A DNA stretch of 62,880 nucleotides, filler included, from Octopus bimaculoides (Eukaryota), in the NCBI RefSeq assembly GCF_001194135.2. It is 8 parts of 8 records of this genome, joined end to end, with 100 filler letters (N's around TTAATTAATTAA, not from the genome) between each part and the next. Parts side by side here need not be neighbours in the genome. Positions count along the whole stretch, not along the records: positions 45,769 to 52,526 come from NC_068984.1; positions 52,627 to 57,586 come from NC_068991.1; positions 57,687 to 59,739 come from NW_026320894.1; positions 59,840 to 61,642 come from NC_069010.1; positions 61,743 to 62,880 come from NW_026406188.1; 3 more parts are not named here. One strand, given 5' to 3'. Of the stretch, positions 50,786-62,842 are shown one piece after another. The position numbers were made by a program, and so were the translations under genes. How positions within the stretch are numbered: the first letter of the stretch is position 1; each line of letters begins with the position of its first letter. The notes beneath the pieces are model-generated. The model was given only the letters and a program-made list of their open reading frames with translations, did no database searches and had not been told where the DNA came from.

Positions 50786-51210
50786 GTATATACATACGTG
50801 TGTGTGTTGTGGATGTAGAATATATATACAAGTGTTTTGACTACACTTTGGGGTTATCTATGCAGGTTAACATGACAAAATTGCACAGAATAATGTACTT
50901 CGTGAATGAACATAGAAGGTAAAAATGTCGCTCCGGGCGCGCGCGCGCGTACACACATACACACAATGTCACACACACACACACACACACACTGTCATAC
51001 ACACAGTCACACATATATGCTGATATGTGTGTGTGTGTCTATGTCCATGCCAGCAGTGGTACCTGGTGTTAGCCAGTTGTTATATCGATATTCAGGGAAA
51101 CTGTCTTCTCTTAAACTTTTGTGACCCCATTTATAGCAGTATTTTAAGTTTACGTATTTATTTTGCAATGTTTCTTGATATGAATTCGTGTGTTGAAACA
51201 GGTATTGTTT

Positions 51211-51546
51211 TATTTGGCGATAATCATATTTTCTCAATTAAACACCCGCATTAGATATTTTGTCTTCACGTCAGCTTTGTTATTATTATATTAGTTTCTT
51301 TGTCAACGTTCTTCCGTCACACATCAGTGGTCTCTTCGACGACTCTCTGTCCCTCATATCTATCTCTTGGGATAGAGACCCGCTGCACAGGCCACAGTAG
51401 GATAGAAAGTCATCCAAGCAGCTACAGGATGTGTGACGAAAGAACTTTGACAAAGAAACTACAATAATAATAATGATTAAGCTGAAGTGAAGACCACATG
51501 CATAGTGCGTGCGTTTAATTGGCAAAAAATGACCATCCCCAAGTAT
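51211..51546. mobile_element. Long-TIR palindromic MITE, copy 1
   Basis: ttagtttctttgtcaacgttcttccgtcacacatc / gatgtgtgacgaaagaactttgacaaagaaactac; outer atcatattttctcaattaaacac / gtttaattggcaaaaaatgacc. Confidence 0.8.
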
Positions 51547-52134
51547 GATGATATGTTTATATAATTTTTTCTCATATTATATTTTGATATAGAGTTAAAC
51601 TGTTTTTCAAACTTGATGGATCTATGAAATTTGTAAGACTGTTTTTATTGTTCTTTCTACTTTCACTTCTTATTTTCCACTGTTAGATATGTGAGTAAGT
51701 GCATGTGTGTGTCTGTATCTGTGTATGCATCTGTGTATGCGTAGCCGAGCTATTGGTTGCCGAAATTTCAAATCCATCACGTTTATTGACTGGGTGACTT
51801 TAGGAGAGACAGACATCTCACAGGAATCAATGGTCTTAAAGCAATGACAGGGGCTTTCAATCGTCGTACTCCCACCGAGAGAAATTATCCAACGGGGCCA
51901 CAACAGAAACACCGGCATTTCTTTGAAATCACGAATAACCTCCAAATGTTGCAAAATTGTTCTATTGGGAATGCAAGGGCTTTGAAGATCCCAGCACATC
52001 CAGTGTCTTTCCTGCATTTTCGTTCTTCTGAGAAAAGACAAGCGTCTGAATCAACAACCCATTCCTTTTCCTTGCAATCATTAGAGTAATAATACCATTT
52101 CTAAGACTTCTAAGACTCTTTTTTGTTTTTGCTG

Positions 52135-52184
<50 letters not shown>

Positions 52185-52830
52185 CAGATCGATAATATAC
52201 TAGACTTTGATTAATATGCTCAATCTCTTGCTAAATATACGAGTGCATATTTTCTCTGAGCTATTTTTCTGACATGGATTCTTAGACGAATATACACACG
52301 TATACACACACACACATACACACACACATACACACACACACACGCACACATTAACACTATTAGCACAACGACCAAGAGAGGTAAATAATATCATTTCGTT
52401 GATACGCATCAATATATCATGCTAATTGGATTGAACCTGACTCTATGCACGAATCGGTGAATACTATTATTAAACCATATGCATATAGTATATATGTATA
52501 TTGAAATCTATACATATGTATACATANNNNNNNNNNNNNNNNNNNNNNNNNNNNNNNNNNNNNNNNNNNNTTAATTAATTAANNNNNNNNNNNNNNNNNN
52601 NNNNNNNNNNNNNNNNNNNNNNNNNNTGTTGATACCCATTATCTTGTTTTTAGCATTGAGCTCTGTTTTTAGTATTGATCTAACTCGTCTATAGTACTCT
52701 TTCTTTATTTTTTCTTTCATTTGTGTATGTTGTATCCTATCTAGTTCATTGACTCCTAAATACTTGTATGGTTGGCTTTCGTCTGGTTCTCTTATTTCAT
52801 TGGCTTTATCTAGCGTTATTGGCTTTATCT

Positions 52831-52884
<54 letters not shown>

Positions 52885-53357
52885 GAGTGAGAGAGCAGTG
52901 CATGCTATCAAAGTGACACTGGGGTAAAATATACGAAGCCCTGTATACCCATCATGACTACCAATCTGATAAGGGTACACCAGGCACATGCATCATAGCC
53001 ATACATGCGCGACATGGTGATCTCATATCAAGATAAACAGCTCATGACCTCGCAGGTGGGGCCCAGTTAGAATTTTCTTCAGGTCGAGTAGCCCATCCCA
53101 CTCAAAAGGTCCCTGAATAGGGTTTGTTTAAGGGTGTTGAGCAAAACACCCATTTTTCCAAAGGTGAATTATCCAGACCCCAAACAATTCCTCTCAACAC
53201 ATGGCTATGATGCTCCCCCAATACTTCTGCTCATGATCAAAGATGCACATATTATCAGCCACCAAGGGACATGCTCAACTGGTTAAGGTCAAACAACTGA
53301 CAAGCAAATCTGTGGTATTGAGCAGAATATTTGCTGTAGCCCATCTTTTTATACCAA
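52885..53357 (-). mobile_element. 473 bp non-coding element embedded in (ATT)n
   Basis: Complex, more GC-balanced segment with sharp borders; (ATT)n at 52836-52884 and 53358-53470. No ORF or TIR. Strand is inferred from the purer (AAT)n tail on the minus strand. Confidence 0.65.
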
Positions 53358-53382
53358 ATTATTATCATTATTATTATCATCA

Positions 53383-53446
<64 letters not shown>

Positions 53447-53470
53447 CATTATCATCGTTGTTATTACTAT

Positions 53471-53691
53471 TAAGGCGGTGAGGTGGCAGAATTGTTAGCA
53501 CGCTGGACGAAATGCTTAGCGGTATTTGGCCCATCGCTACTTTCTTAGTTCAAATTCTACTGAGAAGTCCACTTTACCTTTCATCTTTTCGGGGTCGATA
53601 AATTAAATCCCTGTTGGGTTATGGGGTCGATGTAATCGACTATCCCCCTCCCCTTCCCCAAATTTAAGGCCTTGCGCTTATAATATAGAGG
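53471..53691 (+). mobile_element. SINE family C inside (ATT)n
   Basis: taaggcggtgaggtggcagaattgttagcacgctggacgaaatgcttagcggtattt..ttcggggtcgataaattaa..ggggtcgatgtaatcgact. Confidence 0.88.
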
Positions 53692-53712
53692 ATTATTATT
53701 ATTATTATTAGT

Positions 53713-53748
<36 letters not shown>

Positions 53749-53772
53749 ATTATTATTATCATTATTATTATT

Positions 53773-54235
53773 ATATGTTTGACTTTTGCTTTGTATTTGT
53801 ACAAGTCGACTCCAAGTCTCACTCTAGGCATAATACCAACTTGAACTTCTAGGCTTGTTGTCTCTTGAGGTCTCTCTTTGGGTATTTGCCATTGAGAGGT
53901 TTTTCTTGCCATTTATCAGTAAGATTATATAAAGCAGTAGTTTTAGCACGGGTTTTCATACGCTTAGGTTTTTCTGTTCTTGTTTCCAGTACGTCTTATG
54001 CTGGAATTTGTTGTATTTGGAATTTACTTCGATATCCCTTTGCCTGTTTTGTTACTGAGTATGATGCTTTCTTGTTTTCATGCTTTAAGACAAGCTTTAA
54101 TATCCAGTCATCAAATTGCTTCAGATAGGTGTTTAGGCCAATTGTGGCAATCTACAGTGTTAATTTCACTTGTAAATGTCCACAGTCACCCACTTTTCTT
54201 GACAAGTAAAGTCGCTCTATATTTGCCTTAGAGTG
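53773..54235 (-). mobile_element. R4/Dong-clade fragment (post-RT region plus probable 3' terminus, (TAA)n tail)
   Basis: Minus translation: KANIERLYLSRKVG..IATIGLNTYLKQFDDWILKLVLKHENKKASYSV..DKWQEKPLNGKYPKR; ends ..caaaagtcaaacatataataataat. Confidence 0.8.
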
Positions 54236-54339
54236 GTGCATTCTATGCATTGCCAACAATTATCATTATTCACAATTGATAACAATAGCAGCAGCGACAA
54301 TCCAAGCAACTGCTTCAACGCCCCACTACTATAATAACA

Positions 54340-54750
54340 GTGGTCAACACGGGTTTTCTGGTACAAGGTTGATCAATGCTCACACAGAAAAGAGGGGCAT
54401 CTTACCAAAGGTGCAGAAAGAGTATTGAGCAGTGATGTACATTGGTATTCTGCAGCTGTCGGGCATTTATACTAATGGTAAAAGGAGACAAGCAAAACTT
54501 AACATAGCACGAATTGATTACACAAGAGCTTTGGATAGCACACCATCCCTTCGGACACTGAACACGTGCCATATAAATAAAGCAGTGTCAAAACTAATAC
54601 GGTGCATCAACCACGAATATTAAAATAGAAAGCAGCTATTTTACTAAATGGCAAAAAGAAGGCTAACGTTAACCATAAGCCACAAAAAAGAGGAACCTCT
54701 TAGCTGAGATTCGGGGATTCGTTAACCATTCTATGCGTTTGCTTAGTTAC
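54340..54750 (+). mobile_element. R4/Dong-clade RT-core fragment in opposite orientation
   Basis: ILPKVQK..; ORF 54432-54623 KRRQAKLNIARIDYTRALDSTP (cf. AWIDYxKAFDS); then a decayed RGIFQGDSLSP-like segment. Confidence 0.7.
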
Positions 54751-55049
54751 CACCACCAACACCACCACCATGAACATTACCATCAGCATCACCAGCATCA
54801 CCAGCATCACCAGCATCATCAATGAAAGGGCTGCATCAATAATAGCGGATTATAGTGAGTCATTGAATGTAAAATAAAAAATGAAAAGAAAAAGAAGAAA
54901 AAAAGAAAGAACAAAAAAACGTGTTTGGTTAGTTGATTAATATTATAGAGCACGTCTGAGGGAAGAAGTTAGAAGAAAGAGGGGTTGCTAATCTGAACGA
55001 GGACAGGCAAAGAGAATGAGAGGGAGATATATGGGAAAAAGAAAAGAAG

Positions 55050-55052
<3 letters not shown>

Positions 55053-55124
<72 letters not shown>
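55053..55124. repeat. (GA)n microsatellite
   Basis: Direct reading. Confidence 0.95.
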
Positions 55125-55127
<3 letters not shown>

Positions 55128-55268
55128 TATGAACTAAAGAGGCGAGACTAAGGAGAGAAGGAAAAAAGAATAGTGAAACAGGAAAAGATATAGTTGTAGC
55201 TATGTGCACTCGTATGTGTGTGTGTGTACATATGTGTATGTGCGTATGAGCGTCCGTGTGTATGTATG

Positions 55269-55307
<39 letters not shown>

Positions 55308-57516
55308 ATAACGATGTTTGAAAAGGTATGAATATGTTTTGCGAGTGGTGGCGGTGGACGTACTGGTACAGAGCAAAGAGGTAGAGATAAAGACAATGAG
55401 AGGAAGGGAGAGGAGGTGCTACAGAGATCGAAAGAGATGTTAATGTTATGACATGCATATTTTGCAGTAAATATTGATTAATATGCAACAACATCAATGA
55501 TTATCCACAAGTTCAAATATATATAAGCATATGTGTATGTATTGGTTGTAAGCAAGTATGTCTTTATATAAGTGTACAAATGTGCGCCTGTGTATGTGTG
55601 CGTCTGTGTATGTACAGAGCTATCAAGTACACGCACGCGCATAGACGCACACACATTCGCACACGTACACGTACACATTATACACGTATGTATGTGTAAG
55701 AGTATATGCCTGTGTATATGCGAGTATTTAAGGAGGTATGGCATGCTGTATTCAATAAGTGTGTGTATGTGTATGTGTGTGTGTATAAGTATATATGTGT
55801 GTGTTTGTGTGTGTGTGTGTGTGTGTGTTGGAACATGCAGGAAAATTGTTTGTCTCATATATATAAATCTGTCTGTCTTTTTCTATATGTGTGTGTGTAT
55901 GTATGTATATATANNNNNNNNNNNNNNNNNNNNNNNNNNNNNNNNNNNNNNNNNNNNNNNNNNNNNNNNNNNNNNNNNNNNNNNNNNNNNNNNNNNNNNN
56001 NNNNNNNNNNNNNNNNNNNNNNNNNNNNNNNNNNNNNNNNNNNNNNNNNNNNNNNNNNNNNNNNNNNNNNNNNNNNNNNNNNNNNNNNNNNNNNNNNNNN
56101 NNNNNNNNNNNNNNNNNNNNNNNNNNNNNNNNNNNNNNNNNNNNNNNNNNNNNNNNNNNNNNNNNNNNNNNNNNNNNNNNNNNNNNNNNNNNNNNNNNNN
56201 NNNNNNNNNNNNNNNNNNNNNNNNNNNNNNNNNNNNNNNNNNNNNNNNNNNNNNNNNNNNNNNNNNNNNNNNNNNNNNNNNNNNNNNNNNNNNNNNNNNN
56301 NNNNNNNNNNNNNNNNNNNNNNNNNNNNNNNNNNNNNNNNNNNNNNNNNNNNNNNNNNNNNNNNNNNNNNNNNNNNNNNNNNNNNNNNNNNNNNNNNNNN
56401 NNNNNNNNNNNNNNNNNNNNNNNNNNNNNNNNNNNNNNNNNNNNNNNNNNNNNNNNNNNNNNNNNNNNNNNNNNNNNNNNNNNNNNNNNNNNNNNNNNNN
56501 NNNNNNNNNNNNNNNNNNNNNNNNNNNNNNNNNNNNNNNNNNNNNNNNNNNNNNNNNNNNNNNNNNNNNNNNNNNNNNNNNNNNNNNNNNNNNNNNNNNN
56601 NNNNNNNNNNNNNNNNNNNNNNNNNNNNNNNNNNNNNNNNNNNNNNNNNNNNNNNNNNNNNNNNNNNNNNNNNNNNNNNNNNNNNNNNNNNNNNNNNNNN
56701 NNNNNNNNNNNNNNNNNNNNNTATATATATGCATCCACATGTACATACATACATGCATACATATATATATATATATACACAAACATGCACTTACACGCAT
56801 ATTTATATATTTGCATGCATATATATGTGTATATGTATGTATATATATGTATATATGTATATGTATATATGTGTATATTTATATACGTGTGTGTGTGTAC
56901 GTGTGTATGCATGTATGAATAATAATTCATAACTTTATCTGCTTAGCGTTCGCCATTCCTACAAATACTTATTTCGCGTTCTCTCGCAGGTCCTAAATAT
57001 ATACATATAAATATGCTAACTTCTAATATAGAATAAAATTTTTTCAAAAAAAAAAGAAAAAAAAATTCATCACGTGGCCAGCATATTAAAATACCATGCT
57101 TCTGCTTTTTTCATGGGTGCTTGTAAGTATTTCATTTATTTCTTATCTTATTCTTTGCTAATGAGTGGAAAACTCGTTGCATTAATTTCGAAATCGTTCG
57201 ATACAGAGATAATGAATTAAAAAAAAAAAAAAAAATTGTTAGCTTGCTTTCCTCGATTCAGCACAATGTGTATTTATAATGATGTATATTGTATGTGGTG
57301 ATTGACGATCTAAAGCGTATTTCTCAGCATTTTGGCATAGAAATTTTTTTCTTTTGCCCTTATTTATATTTGTTTATAAATATGTTTATATGTATATATT
57401 GGTATATGTGTATATGTGTGTATGTGCATATATATGTGTATGTGCGTATGCATATATATACATATATATATATATATACACATAGATATATAAACATATA
57501 TACATATATATCTATA

Positions 57517-57563
<47 letters not shown>

Positions 57564-57686
57564 ATATATATATATATATATATATANNNNNNNNNNNNNN
57601 NNNNNNNNNNNNNNNNNNNNNNNNNNNNNNTTAATTAATTAANNNNNNNNNNNNNNNNNNNNNNNNNNNNNNNNNNNNNNNNNNNN

Positions 57687-57722
<36 letters not shown>

Positions 57723-57999
57723 GTACATATACATGTACGTGTGTGTGTATGTGTGCGTGTGTGTGAGTTGTGTGTGTGTGTTTGTAATGCATGGAATGGT
57801 GCAGAAAACAAAAAGGCTAGCACTGCCGTGTCATCATCTCTAGGTTTGCCAACACAGATACAAATTTTTCAGCAGAATCTCAACAACCGACAAAGACTCC
57901 CAAGGAATTCTTTAACGATGTTCATTCTGCTAACAGAGCAATGATCGGAACGAAAAAAACAAACAAACAAAACAAACAAACAAAGAGACAAACAAACAA

Positions 58000-58265
58000 A
58001 CAAAAATGTCCCAGAAGAGATATAGTGAATGCACGCTGTTTGATATTGAACCTTTGGGGAATTGGTACAGTTAAGTTCGACAGGAAGCATGAGGCTGGAA
58101 TGTCGTCTGATGCTGGGAAGTGTGTTTTGCAATGATAACGAAGGAAAACTACAGAAGTCGTTGCTTTCTTAATGATGTCGGAGGTAAAACGGAAGAGGGC
58201 AGCACTTGTTCGTAGGTGGAGTTGAAAGACTTTACACCCTGTACAGGATATCAAGGAGCGAAGAT
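58000..58265 (-). mobile_element. Possible CR1/L2-like LINE 3' remnant
   Basis: Open minus frame LQLHLRTSAALFRFT..FPASDD..LTVPIPQRFNIKQRAF only loosely resembles CR1 C-termini. Confidence 0.35.
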
Positions 58266-58271
58266 AGTTTT

Positions 58272-58294
58272 CATCATTATTATTATTATAATGA

Positions 58295-58356
<62 letters not shown>

Positions 58357-58404
58357 GTTATTATTATTCTTATTCTTGTTGTTGTTGTTGTTGTTATTGT
58401 TTTT
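58272..58404. repeat. (ATT)n/(GTT)n microsatellite
   Basis: Direct reading. Confidence 0.95.
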
Positions 58405-58630
58405 NNNNNNNNNNTATTTCATACATACACCCCTACATACATACACACACACAAACATGCACACACACACACATGCATGCATATAGATGCATGAATGTAT
58501 GTATATCATTACGAACACTGCTACGTAGAAAGTACACACTGTATACATCCATATGTATATAACCTGCTGTGAAAACAAGCACAAAAATGGCAAGCGATAG
58601 TGGCAGATTTGTTTATTTTCTTTTTGTTGA

Positions 58631-58631
58631 T

Positions 58632-58690
<59 letters not shown>
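58631..58690. repeat. (TAG)n microsatellite
   Basis: Direct reading. Confidence 0.95.
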
Positions 58691-59154
58691 TATAAGTACA
58701 GAAAGCTGCTCTTCCAGAGACATACATGCTTGCCCTCTGAACAGAATTCTTACAATCACATCCATACTTTTCCTCAGAGACATAATTGTAGGTGTGCGTG
58801 ATACGATGTAGTCTAACTATAACTGTTGTCTTTTACATTTCGAGTCTACACTCTTCAGCAGAAACGAACACGATGAAATAAACAGAGAGAAAATGAAGAA
58901 GAAAAAAAATGTGGAAACCTGTGACACAGACTGGCGTACAGTTTAAGAGGAATATCGTGACGTCGGTCATTTTTTATGTCATAGCCATATCCGCCCAACA
59001 ACGGTGCGGCCTCGTTTCCTTAGCTACAACATTACGAGGAAGCTCATTGCAACCAGCGGTGTAACAGCATCAGAAAGCATGTTCAATAGAGTCATATGCT
59101 TACATAAAGTCTTTTTGTCTTTCCCACTTTTTGTGTAGGTTTCTGTGATTAGAC

Positions 59155-59500
59155 AGGTTGGGGCATTTCCTTGGAGAATTTTTAACCAAATGAATCGATG
59201 GCAGTCCCTGTTTTATAAAAACCTGGCACTTATTCTATCGGTTGCTTTAGCCGAATCGCTAAGCTACGGGGACGCAAGCACACCAACACCGGTTGACAAG
59301 CGGTGGTTGGGGATAAACACAGATACAAAGACACACATACACATAAATATATATACTTATATATACATATATACGCACAGGCTTCTTTCAGTTTCCGTCT
59401 GCCAAATCCACTCACAAGGCTTTGGTCGGCCCGACGCTACAGTAGAAGATTCTTGTCCAAGGTGCCACGCAGTGGGACTGAACCCGTAACCATGTGCCTA
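59155..59500 (-). mobile_element. SINE family A, near full length
   Basis: cttattctatcgg..gctaagctacggggacg..ggcttctttcagtttccgtctgccaaatccactcacaaggctttggtcggcccga..gtgggactgaacccg. Confidence 0.9.
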
Positions 59501-60081
59501 CTTATACAAACTCAAACACGCGAACACACATGCACACATACACACATACACACACACACACACACACACGCACACACACATACGCGCGCGCATGCGCACA
59601 CACACCGCTAGACAAACAGACAGACAGACAGAGCGATAGGTAGATATGTGTGAATGCATGTGAGTGCACATGTGTGTACGTGTGTGTGTGAGTGAGTGAG
59701 TGAGTGAGTGTGTGTGCGTGTGTGTGTGTGTGAGAGAGANNNNNNNNNNNNNNNNNNNNNNNNNNNNNNNNNNNNNNNNNNNNTTAATTAATTAANNNNN
59801 NNNNNNNNNNNNNNNNNNNNNNNNNNNNNNNNNNNNNNNAAGAAGAATGGTGACAGGGACCTCAAAGTTTCAGTCTGCTGAAGTCACCGTCACCTCTGTT
59901 ATAAATAAATGATAAATATGTAACCAACAAAATGCATTAAATAATCCATCAATTTAAAGTGAAATTTGGTTTTTTATCAAAACTTGACTAAAAGAAAGCG
60001 TATTGTTGAGCATGTACATGTCCGGTGTAAGAATAGTATTACCCAAATAATTATTTGGATATGGTCATCTAGAATAACCTT

Positions 60082-60237
60082 TAGGTGCAGGCTTAACTGT
60101 GTGGTAAGTAGCTTGCTTATGAACCACATGGTTCCGGGTTCAGTCCTACTGCATGGCACCTTGGGCAAGTGTCTTCTACTATAGCCTCGGGCCGACCAAA
60201 GCCTTGTGAGTGGATTTGGTAGGCGGAAACTGAAAGA
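60082..60237 (+). mobile_element. SINE family A 5' half
   Basis: taggtgcaggcttaactgtgtggtaagtagcttgctt..ccgggttcagtcc..caccttgggcaagtgtcttctactatagcctcgggccgaccaaagccttgtgagtggatttgg. Confidence 0.92.
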
Positions 60238-60239
60238 GG

Positions 60240-60570
60240 ACTGGGGTAGTTCGAATGAGAAACGATACTCCACCCATCATATTTGCCAGACATCTGATTA
60301 ATTATCGTTTATTCTGCAGTCTTCAAAATCATTTGGACAGACAAAAATATGAATTCTGTTGACGAGGTCAGAATGGTAGTGGAGGAGTATTTTTCGTCAC
60401 GGACAAGTGAATTTTGGAAGAGGGGGCCTTGTAAGCCTAGCAGATAGATGGAAGAGCATTGTAGAAAATGAAGGAGAGTATATTTTAGATGAAAAAAGAA
60501 CTTTGTTTTTCTTAATTTTACAAATTAAAAGAAATATTTTAAAAAACTGTATTATTTATATATCAGAAAG
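60240..60570 (+). mobile_element. Mariner transposase C-terminal fragment (pseudogene)
   Basis: ILHPSYLPDI (cf. HPPYSPDLAP), YRLFCSLQNHLD, then after a frameshift VDEVRMVVEEYFSSRTSEFWKRGLVSLADRWKSIVENEGEYILD. Confidence 0.9.
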
Positions 60571-61061
60571 AAACACACTCTAAAGAATAGAGCAGTAATT
60601 ATTACAACAAAATTTTATATCTTGGACATAGAGTTACCCAAGGTTTCACATCCACAAAGCACAGCCTTGTGGACAGCTTGTCAGACTCTATATAAATATA
60701 AAATTTTAAATATCTATGTTGCAGATGTATTACAATGGGAATCTGTAGTCTAGATTTTCATTTCAAAATCTTTAAAAGTTATCTCCCTTGCACCTTCTAT
60801 CTCCATTAACTAATTAATTTTAATCCAATTACAATCGTAATGTTGAGTGATTAAAAATTGTTTACTTTGCTTTGTCAAGAATAGCGGTACACACACACAC
60901 ACATACACGCACAAATCCAAACACACACATACACAAATACACGCACACACATACACNNNNNNNNNNTATATAAATGTATATATATGTAAATGTATATATT
61001 GTGCATGCATATCAGTGTGTGTGTGTAGGTGTCTATATATATGTGTGTATATATATATATA

Positions 61062-61346
61062 TATTGTTACACTTGGGGACGGTCATATTTTGCCAGTTAA
61101 ACACCTGCACTGTATATTTGGTCTTCACTGTAGTTTTATTATTATTATTATTATTATTATTATATTTAGTTTCTTTGTCTAAGCCCTTTTGTCACACATC
61201 CTGTGACTGTTTCAACAACTCTTTGTCACATCACACGTCTCCCTTTTTGTTCTGCTCGTTCCATTTGAAACACATGGGAAAGAGAGTCACTGAAGAGGTC
61301 ACAGGATGTGTGATGAAAGAACGTAGACAAAGAAACTAAGATGAGG

Positions 61347-61383
<37 letters not shown>

Positions 61384-61460
61384 AGCTGAAGTGAAGATCA
61401 AATGAATAGATGTGTGTGTTTAATTGGCAAAATATGACCATCCCTAAGTATAACAATATA
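61062..61460. mobile_element. Long-TIR palindromic MITE, copy 2
   Basis: tacacttggggacggtcatattttgccagttaaacac / gtgtttaattggcaaaatatgaccatccctaagtata; ~150 bp arms each contain an (ATT)n/(AAT)n tract. Confidence 0.88.
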
Positions 61461-61742
61461 TGTTTTAACACAATTTCAAATAAAGAATCTTGCAAAACAA
61501 ATATATAAACATATATATATATTCTTATATTCTTTGCATATATTTGTGAGTGTGTCTCTATCTTTCTATATATATATTATTTGTATATATTGGTGTGTGT
61601 GAGTATGTATGTATGTATCATATATATATATATATATATATANNNNNNNNNNNNNNNNNNNNNNNNNNNNNNNNNNNNNNNNNNNNTTAATTAATTAANN
61701 NNNNNNNNNNNNNNNNNNNNNNNNNNNNNNNNNNNNNNNNNN

Positions 61743-61780
<38 letters not shown>

Positions 61781-61781
<1 letters not shown>

Positions 61782-62230
61782 TTTGCAAAAAGAAAGCCTA
61801 GAACAGAGAGGTTCGTTGAAACTGTGCAGAAGAGCAGCAAGAATATCGGGATGAAATTCGGCATCTCAAGTTATGCGGTGCTCACATTTAAAAGTGGGGA
61901 GAAGAGCAAATTGTAGGGGTATAGAATTGCCAAAAGTCTTGCGCAGAAAGAGTAGAAGCGTAGACACGACAAAGTAGCCCAAAACCTCCACTGGTTACTA
62001 TGCCGTACGTATGGCTATAAGGTTACGGATGCTTTATACTAACATACACCGGAAAAGGTAATGGATGAAATGGGGATGGCAAAAATCCTCTGGAACTTTG
62101 ATTTCCAGACAGACAAAGTGTTAGAGCNNNNNNNNNNCCGCATATAGCAACCTTTCAGAGGGACAAACAAAAGTGCCTAACAATTGACGTAGCAGTGCCA
62201 GGAGATCAATATATCATCATGAAAGAAAGG
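61781..62230 (+). mobile_element. R4/Dong-clade element, 5'-truncated and internally deleted, between (AAT)n tracts
   Basis: FAK..FVETVQKSSKNIGMKFG (RT), then LAQKE*KRRHDKVAQNLHWLLCRTYGY, AKILWNFDFQTDKVL, and KCLTIDVAVPGDQYI (RLE). Confidence 0.9.
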
Positions 62231-62331
62231 TAGACACAATATCTTCAATCAACAACTTCAAGATACTGTATACTCTGCGACGTCTAGAACAACAACAACA
62301 ATAATAATAATAATAATAATATCATTTAGTT

Positions 62332-62778
62332 GCCACAAGAGCGATGAGGGGCACAATACAGAGACAGACATAAAGTCTTGGGGTTTAAATATAATAAGGA
62401 AAAAAAGTAAGTATACACGGTATACACTGAAAAAGAAGGGATATATGCATAACATACAAAAGTAAATAAAAAGGAAAAATGGCGGGGAGGATGATAGAGT
62501 TGTGGCCCTCGTGATATAGGAAGTCATCCAGGGATAATCGAGGAACCCCGCTGTCCGGGATTTTTCTGGAAATCTCAGGAGCAAGTGTCCTCTCCAATTC
62601 CTTGTCTTCGACTCACAGATCTACTTGTAGAGAGGTACCATCCACTCATGCCATTTTCGCAACTTTCGCTCACTTTTCAATATACAAACTCGAGGGCAGC
62701 ACTTCCCTCTCCACTCTTACGCATATTGCCTAAAGTACTGTCTGTCTGAGGTCCTTATTGGGACTTGACAGACAGTAC
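62332..62778 (-). mobile_element. Tx1/L1-like LINE 3' end (tentative)
   Basis: Minus frame RVEREVLPSSLYIEK*AKVAKMA*VDGTSL followed by a T-rich UTR; clade from recall only. Confidence 0.45.
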
Positions 62779-62842
62779 AAATCCACGGTAGACACAATAT
62801 CTTCAATCAACATCACAATATTGGCTTTTTTGCGACGTATTA

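Noticed and set aside
51670-52089. Overlapping 123 aa and 81 aa ORFs in complex sequence
   Set aside because: No motif I could recognise in any frame and no convincing splice context; not callable without a search.
60011-60058. Perfect short palindromes catgtacatg and ccaaataattatttgg
   Set aside because: Short and AT-rich; expected occasionally in 63 kb.
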